The notes below the pieces were generated by a model. It did no database searches. It saw nothing but the letters and a program-made list of their open reading frames with translations, and was not told the origin of the DNA. From Candidatus Hermodarchaeota archaeon (GTDB lineage: Archaea > Asgardarchaeota > Lokiarchaeia > Sigyniarchaeales > SOKP01): 25,826 nt of DNA. Shown in pieces: positions 20,220 to 25,826 of this stretch (positions within the stretch are counted from its first letter, which is position 1; the number at the start of each line of letters is the position of its first letter). The DNA is taken from NCBI GenBank assembly GCA_048885925.1, contig JBHLLG010000037.1, forward strand, positions 1 through 25,826, written 5' to 3'. The position numbers and the translations under genes were made by a program.

Positions 20220-21500
20220 CTAAATGTTTTCATCATTTACCATTCTTTGGAATATTTCTTTTGCATAATCAATTCTGATTTTTTTATCTTTAACCAATCT
20301 ATTTGCAACTTTTTCTACTAAATTCTCAGGGACTCCTGCTTGCCTGGCAATATTTTTTGAATGAAGAGCCATGTGCCCTTCTTGAATACCTTCTGAAGCT
20401 AAAGCTCTTAACGCAGCTACATTTTGAGCTAAACCGACCGCAGCAGCTACTTGAGAAAGTTCGTTAGCACTTTTGATATTTAAAATCTTTAATGCTAGTC
20501 GAGCCATCGGATGAATTTTAGTCATCCCTCCAACAATACCAAGAGCAAGAGGAATTTCAATTTCTCCAACTAAATTTCCATTTGAGTCAACTTGAAATTT
20601 AGTCAAAGGAGAATATTTTCCCCTTAGTGCAGCATATGCGTGTGCTCCTGCCTCAATAGCCCTTGTGTCATTTCCTGTGGCCAATGTTAAAGCTATAATT
20701 CCGTTCATTATTCCTTTATTATGAGTTGTTGCTCTGTAGGGATCTACTAATGCAAATTCATAAGCATTTAGAATTCCTTCAACGACCTCTTCTCCACCTA
20801 ATAAATCTCTATCAAAAGTAGCTCTACTTTTAGCAATTCTATGTGTGGCTAAGTTCGATACTATCCGAAGATAAATTATCCCACCGCTGAGTTCTTCAAT
20901 ATAAGGACTTATTGCTTCAGCCATGGTATTTACTACATTAGCACCCATAGCATCTAAAACATCGACTAATAAATGTAAAACTAACATCATGCCCTTTCGA
21001 GTTTCCAGCTCTCTAATTTCGAAATCAAAGGCACCTCCACCCAATTGATTTAAGGTGGGATCTTGATCATTTGCCAATTTTAAAATCTTATCTTTATTTT
21101 CTAATATCTTCCTTTTAGTATTTTCAATGTCAGATAATTTGGTTATTTGTATTTGTGAAATCATAACAGATTTTACATTATCTGAATGGAATCCTCCATG
21201 TTTTCTAGCAAATTTAGCTGCATTTGAAGCTGCTGCTACAACTGAGGGCTCTTCAATAACCATGGGAATTATGTAATCTTTTTCATTTACTTTAAAGTTG
21301 AAAGCTAACCCAAGAGGTAACTGATAACTTCCAACTACATTTTCAATTAAACTATCAATTTGATTTTTGGTAAAGTATCCCAAATTGCGTAAAATCTTAA
21401 TTTCTTCTCCATTAAGATTAACAATTTTACCTAAGATTTGCTGACGTTCTTCAAATGATAATTTATAAAAACCAGAAATATCTGAATGGAATTTCTTCAT
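20220..21500 (-). CDS. mvaA: HMG-CoA reductase, class II (MvaA-type)
   Basis: IENVVG, EEPSVVAAAS, DAMGANVVN, RATTHNKGIMNG and GIQEGHMALH motifs; start at ATG 21500 or GTG 21512. Confidence 0.93.
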   Translation of the reverse strand: MKKFHSDISGFYKLSFEERQQILGKIVNLNGEEIKILRNLGYFTKNQIDSLIENVVGSYQLPLGLAFNFKVNEKDYIIPMVIEEPSVVAAASNAAKFARKHGGFHSDNVKSVMISQIQITKLSDIENTKRKILENKDKILKLANDQDPTLNQLGGGAFDFEIRELETRKGMMLVLHLLVDVLDAMGANVVNTMAEAISPYIEELSGGIIYLRIVSNLATHRIAKSRATFDRDLLGGEEVVEGILNAYEFALVDPYRATTHNKGIMNGIIALTLATGNDTRAIEAGAHAYAALRGKYSPLTKFQVDSNGNLVGEIEIPLALGIVGGMTKIHPMARLALKILNIKSANELSQVAAAVGLAQNVAALRALASEGIQEGHMALHSKNIARQAGVPENLVEKVANRLVKDKKIRIDYAKEIFQRMVNDENI

Positions 21501-21728
21501 TGTTTTATTCACGATTCTAAAAACTATCTATATAAAAATTTAATTTCTTAGCTTTTAGTGATTTTAAATTTAATATTCGAAAGAAAATTTTAATTTTTTT
21601 TGAATTTCATTTAAACTTCTTTTTATTACGAAACTAAATTATATTTATCAATATTAACATTAATCTGAAACAAAGGAAACATTGTATTATATCAGAAATT
21701 CATACTAATTATCATTAAAGAAAAAAAA

Positions 21729-23390
21729 CTAAACATGTTGAGGAATCGCTTGTCGTTTCTTTATATATTTATCTGGTATAGCAATATATATTGGACTCCA
21801 GTTTAAGAGTCCCTGTGCCTCGATATTTTGTTCATTAGGATATTCTACTCTCCTTACTTCATATTCTAAAGAAATACCTTTCCTTACATTTTCAGCAACT
21901 CTTACTAAACCTTTGCTCAAATAACTCAAATCACTGCCATTATTATAAGTAACTGGATCGCTTGTAAGTTTGGCAAAGAGAGGGAAAAATCTTTTATGAT
22001 ATCCTGTATGCCCTTTTGGACAGTGATCTAAACCTTTTATATTTGGGATAATGCATCCCTCATCGCAAAAGTAAAGTGTAAAACCCCTTTTATCGTTTTG
22101 CTCATGTTCAATAATATTACCAACTAGAACTTTCGGTTTCGCATGTCCATTTTTTATTAGTTCGTATTCCTTAACACTTTTCTTCTTTTTTAAATGGATA
22201 AAATCATTTATAGATGGACCATTTTGAACAATTTCTTTAAATCTCTCTTGAACTTTCAGCAACCCAGAAATACATGTAGCCCCTGACCCATAAGAACCAA
22301 AATAAATTATATCATATACATTAGTATGGTTTTCCATCAAAAATATTATCTGTGCCCAGATACTGGCATTATACATATTTCCAAAATGCATTGGAACTCT
22401 TAATTGAGGAAGCACTCGAGCTTTAATGTTAGTATTTACCCAATTTGAAAGTCTTTCTAATGTTGTTGATGAAAATCCTCTTTCATTTAATTTTAAATAA
22501 ATATATTCAGGTAATACAGTAACATCGTGTAAAAATGAATCAATTTTCTTTAGGATAGTTGATCTAAATTTGTTTTGTTCAAACTTAGGTAAATCACCTA
22601 TATGTTTTATCCAACGTTTTAAAATAATTTGTTGCATTATTTTTAATGGTAACTTTGAAAAGGGGGCATGAAATGTATAAAAATCTGCATGAAAATCCCC
22701 TACATTTTTAATTAAGTCATCATATGCCTTTAATTGAAAATCGAGATATGCATCCTGAGAATATTGCCCAAAAGCTCTTGCATTCTTATCATTCGGAGGT
22801 CTAAAGAAGTCATTAACATTACCAGATATTTTTCCAAACCGTTTGGAAAAAGTAGCTACTCGGGGGTCCTTAGAAATCACAAGTCCAATAGCCCCTGAGC
22901 CTTGTGTTGGTTCTCCTGGAGATCCAAGGTGATATGACGAAATGTCTGCGCTTATAATAAGAGCTTTGTTTATAATTTCTTTTTCAATCATCCCAATTGC
23001 ATTAAGAATTGCTAGCGTACCACCTGCACACGCGTTGTAGACATCCATTGTAAACGCGTTGGGCGAAATCTCAAGCATTTCGGCATATATGTTTGAGATA
23101 CTTTTAGCTGCATATACTTCTGTTTCAGTTCCAACAAATAAAGCGTCAATACTCTTAGGATCGATTCCACCTCTTAATATTGCATTATATCCTGCCTTTA
23201 ATCCAAGAGAGATGATATCCTCATCAACGTCAGGAATTCGCATCTCTTTAGACAAGAGTCCTTTGCTATATTTCTCCGGCTCTACCCCTCGTGCTATAGC
23301 AAGTTCATCTAGTTTAACGTAATGCCTTGGTGCATAAAAACCAAGCGAATCAATGCCTATGTCGCTGAAAAGATAATCGTTTGAAAGCAT
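21729..23390 (-). CDS. HMG-CoA synthase with a long internal segment and a Cys-containing C-terminal extension
   Basis: VGTET, NACAGG (catalytic Cys), GEPTQGSGA, DFFRP, FHAPF, GNMY and SYGSG motifs. Confidence 0.9.
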   Translation of the reverse strand: MLSNDYLFSDIGIDSLGFYAPRHYVKLDELAIARGVEPEKYSKGLLSKEMRIPDVDEDIISLGLKAGYNAILRGGIDPKSIDALFVGTETEVYAAKSISNIYAEMLEISPNAFTMDVYNACAGGTLAILNAIGMIEKEIINKALIISADISSYHLGSPGEPTQGSGAIGLVISKDPRVATFSKRFGKISGNVNDFFRPPNDKNARAFGQYSQDAYLDFQLKAYDDLIKNVGDFHADFYTFHAPFSKLPLKIMQQIILKRWIKHIGDLPKFEQNKFRSTILKKIDSFLHDVTVLPEYIYLKLNERGFSSTTLERLSNWVNTNIKARVLPQLRVPMHFGNMYNASIWAQIIFLMENHTNVYDIIYFGSYGSGATCISGLLKVQERFKEIVQNGPSINDFIHLKKKKSVKEYELIKNGHAKPKVLVGNIIEHEQNDKRGFTLYFCDEGCIIPNIKGLDHCPKGHTGYHKRFFPLFAKLTSDPVTYNNGSDLSYLSKGLVRVAENVRKGISLEYEVRRVEYPNEQNIEAQGLLNWSPIYIAIPDKYIKKRQAIPQHV

Positions 23391-23510
23391 GTTGTGCTCT
23401 TCCTTTATTCCGATGAAAAAATAAATAATTAAATATAATATTTATTTGTTCAAAAACTTATCTAATTAAAAAATTGTATTATTAAACACTATTTAAGATT
23501 AACGATATGA

Positions 23511-24461
23511 ATGATAATTTCGAAAAATAAGAGTATGAAAAGTAATAATTTAAAACCTTATATATTTATATCAATTGCAATTGTTTGTTGGGGATTATCA
23601 AGCACTTTTATAGAATTAGGGTTAAATTCAATGCATTTTGCTCCATTTCTTTTTTATCGCTTCTCTATTTCAATGATAATATTAACTCCCTTAATTATAA
23701 TTAAGAAGCGACGTCAAACCGCAATTTTATTTAAAAATAAAATCGTTTGGTTTATTGGTATATTCGAAAGTTTGGGATTAATATTTCAATATATTGGACA
23801 AGAACTTCAAATTCCAGCAGGTTTAACAACTTTAATAACAATTATGTATGCAATTATGGTTCCATTTTTTTCTTATATCTTTTTAAAACAAAGATTGAAG
23901 CTATATCATTTGGTTGCTGTACTTACTGGCTTTATAGGGATTTTTTTTATTATTTCAGAAGGAGATTTGAATTTTCTTAAGCAAGGATCTTTATCATTAA
24001 TAGGAATTTTAATGCTTATAGCAGCAGCAGGCTTCTTTGGACTATATATAACATTTACTTCCTATATTCAAAAATCCACTGACAATAAAATAGATTCAAT
24101 TAGTCTTTTTTATGTAATGCTTGTAATTGTGACATTATTTAGTGTATTATCTATGATAATAACAGGTATTTATGTTCTTCCTTCTAAAGATACGTGGATA
24201 TGGTTATTCAATCTTATAATTTTTTCTACGATTATTGCTTTTTATATGTATTTTATTTCAATGAAAACTATCAGTGCAAATCAAGTCTCTTTACTTTTAC
24301 TTCTTCAAGTTATCATTCCATTTATTATAGACATATTTCTTTTTGGTCGAAATTATCATTTATTTGTTTTGATCGGGAGTATAATTTTATTTGTTTCAAT
24401 ATTATTTTCAACTCTAATATCAAATTTAAGCAAAGAATTAGATACTAGTTCTATAGGATAA
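23511..24461 (+). CDS. EamA/DMT family transporter
   Basis: About 10 hydrophobic segments in two repeats; CWG...F...G and FLFYRF motifs. Confidence 0.88.
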   Translation: MIISKNKSMKSNNLKPYIFISIAIVCWGLSSTFIELGLNSMHFAPFLFYRFSISMIILTPLIIIKKRRQTAILFKNKIVWFIGIFESLGLIFQYIGQELQIPAGLTTLITIMYAIMVPFFSYIFLKQRLKLYHLVAVLTGFIGIFFIISEGDLNFLKQGSLSLIGILMLIAAAGFFGLYITFTSYIQKSTDNKIDSISLFYVMLVIVTLFSVLSMIITGIYVLPSKDTWIWLFNLIIFSTIIAFYMYFISMKTISANQVSLLLLLQVIIPFIIDIFLFGRNYHLFVLIGSIILFVSILFSTLISNLSKELDTSSIG

Positions 24462-24572
24462 TTATCTTATCATTTCATATTTTTTTGAATAAAATTAGCT
24501 ATTTTCGATAAAATTAATATTTTTAATATTCATATTAATATTGAAAATAATACAACTATTTAATAGCATTAG

Positions 24573-25340
24573 ATGATAACCACTTTAGAAGAATTAAAAA
24601 AAGAAGCAAAGGATAAGCTACCTAAGCATATCGGGCTCATCGTTGATGGGATTTAGAAAGGATTTCCGTTTTTAACCAAAAACAGACGATGGGCGAAAAA
24701 GAGAAATCTAGATGTTAATTTAGGTCATTTAATTGGATATGAAAACCTTAAAAAGAGATTATTTGACTTTTTTGATGCGGGGATCCATTATCTAAGTTTA
24801 TATATTTTATCGCTTGAAAATGTGAGGAAGCGTAATCTACAAGAACTTGATTATATTTATAAGATAATGGTTAGAGCAGTAGATACTGTCATTAATGAAT
24901 CAATTGTAAAAGAAGAAAAGGTTAAATTTAATGTTATTGGAAGGACATATATGTTACCGGAAAAAGCAAAGCGGAAAATTGAAGAATTAGTTGAATTTAC
25001 TAAAGATCACGACCAAAACTATATTAATCTTTGTATAATGTATGATGGACACGAAGAAATTGTTGATGCAGTTAAAAGAATCATCAATGATGGAGTAAAG
25101 CCAGAACGAGTAAATACTGAATTAATTAAAAATTATCTCTATACTAAAAATTTCCCTCCCTTAGATTATATTATTAGAACAGGGATGAATGATGGTGCAA
25201 GAATCTCAGGATTTTTATTATGGGATTCTTCTTACGCAGAGTTTAAATTTCGAAATGATTTATGGCCTGATTATAATAAAGAGATGGTAATTGAAGATTT
25301 AGAAGATTATATTAATAGAATTCGACGCATGGGCCGATGA
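24573..25340 (+). CDS. uppS: Cis-prenyltransferase (UppS family), split by a 30-nt putative intron (exon 1 24573-24651, exon 2 24682-25340; 245 aa spliced)
   Basis: Reads PKHIGLIVDG [I*KGFPFLTK] NRRWAK, then GH..G, SLEN, YDG, DYIIRTG, RISGFLLWDSSYAE, WPD and the terminal RRMGR. The ORF track captured only the 3' part, from 24822. Confidence 0.93.
24652..24681 (+). other. Putative bulge-helix-bulge intron (30 nt) in uppS
   Basis: Insert TTTAGAAAGGATTTCCGTTTTTAACCAAAA. Intron stem TTAGAAAGG/CC(G)TTTTTAA, central helix ATGG/CCAA, bulges GA^T and AA^A, exon stem GCTCATCGT-TG/CA-(G)-ACGATGGGC. Removal gives GAT GGG AAC AGA CGA TGG. Confidence 0.83.
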
Positions 25341-25461
25341 ATCTTCTTTTTATGAAAAATTTTAAGTCCAAATTAAATAATTCATTAAAAATTGTTAAAC
25401 CTAAAAAATAATGAGAAATTTGAATCTTCATAAATAGAATATATAAAAAAAGATTTAAAAT

Positions 25462-25826
25462 ATGTCAAACATGGATAAAACCATCAATTTAAATATAATA
25501 CAGTTTCCACAAAATCTTTTAATTCCTAATGTTGATAATATAATAAAGATCCAAGTTATTAATAATTCACATAAACCAGAATATTTTAAATTTGATTTTG
25601 AAGGGGAAAATTTAAAGATTTTACTAACAAATGAGGAATTTAAAAAAGAGATTGAGTTTAGTCCAGGTGAAGCCAAGAATATAGATTTAAAATTAGTACC
25701 TACTGTAGATGGTTTTGGTAAATTAACTATTAATGCATACTGGGCTAAAGTGATAGAATTTAAAACTAAAGTTCAAAAAGTTAGACAAGAAGTCCCAGAA
25801 CATAAATTCAAAGAAATTTTAGAAAA
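25462..25826 (+). CDS. Hypothetical protein, truncated by the window end; N-terminal beta-sandwich (Ig-like) pattern
   Basis: Open frame MSNMDKTINLNIIQFPQNLLIPNVDNIIKIQVINNS...EFSPGEAKNIDLKLVPTVDGFGKLTINAYW running off the edge; absent from the ORF track. Confidence 0.75.
   Translation, partial: MSNMDKTINLNIIQFPQNLLIPNVDNIIKIQVINNSHKPEYFKFDFEGENLKILLTNEEFKKEIEFSPGEAKNIDLKLVPTVDGFGKLTINAYWAKVIEFKTKVQKVRQEVPEHKFKEILE

Noticed and set aside
24654-24656. TAG read as pyrrolysine or a recoded stop
   Set aside because: It lies within a 10-codon insertion that breaks DGNRR. TAG ends other genes normally here (for example 6184-6186), and recoding cannot explain the 31-nt mvk frameshift.
24822-25340. 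172-aa uppS starting at GTG 24822
   Set aside because: It lacks the catalytic N-terminus, which is present in frame from ATG 24573.
732-25676. Short antisense or overlapping ORFs in the track (for example 732-1118, 3651-3872, 9336-9605, 15168-15482, 17155-17436, 19849-20151, 23059-23322, 23747-23980, 25455-25676)
   Set aside because: They are shadows of well-supported genes and show no recognisable motifs.
1-25826. tRNA, rRNA, CRISPR arrays and transposases
   Set aside because: None were seen. The intergenic regions are short and AT-rich, with no repeat-spacer pattern or cloverleaf.

Overview
AT-rich archaeal DNA, most likely from an Asgard archaeon (Lokiarchaeia-like). This is inferred from a longin-like/Arf-like/Roadblock/Rab-like multidomain GTPase, a stand-alone longin-like protein and AGGTGA/GGAGG-type ribosome-binding sites. 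The right two-thirds is an isoprenoid and lipid cluster encoding the archaeal (Aeropyrum-type) mevalonate pathway: HMG-CoA synthase, class II HMG-CoA reductase, a UbiD-family decarboxylase, both AcnX dehydratase subunits, mevalonate kinase, an IPK-IDI2 fusion and UbiX. It also holds a trans-prenyltransferase, a geranylgeranyl-reductase-like protein and a cis-prenyltransferase. The main finding is that two of these genes are each interrupted inside a conserved N-terminal active-site motif by a tiny stop-containing hairpin insertion: 31 nt in mevalonate kinase (17154-17184, minus strand) and 30 nt in the cis-prenyltransferase (24652-24681, plus strand). Each folds by hand into a bulge-helix-bulge (BHB)-like structure. 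Cutting at the canonical BHB positions restores GKTILFGE/HFVVYG and HIGLIVDG/NRRWA exactly. They are candidate tRNA-endonuclease-type introns in mRNA. All calls come from manual translation, motif recognition and manual base pairing; no searches were run.
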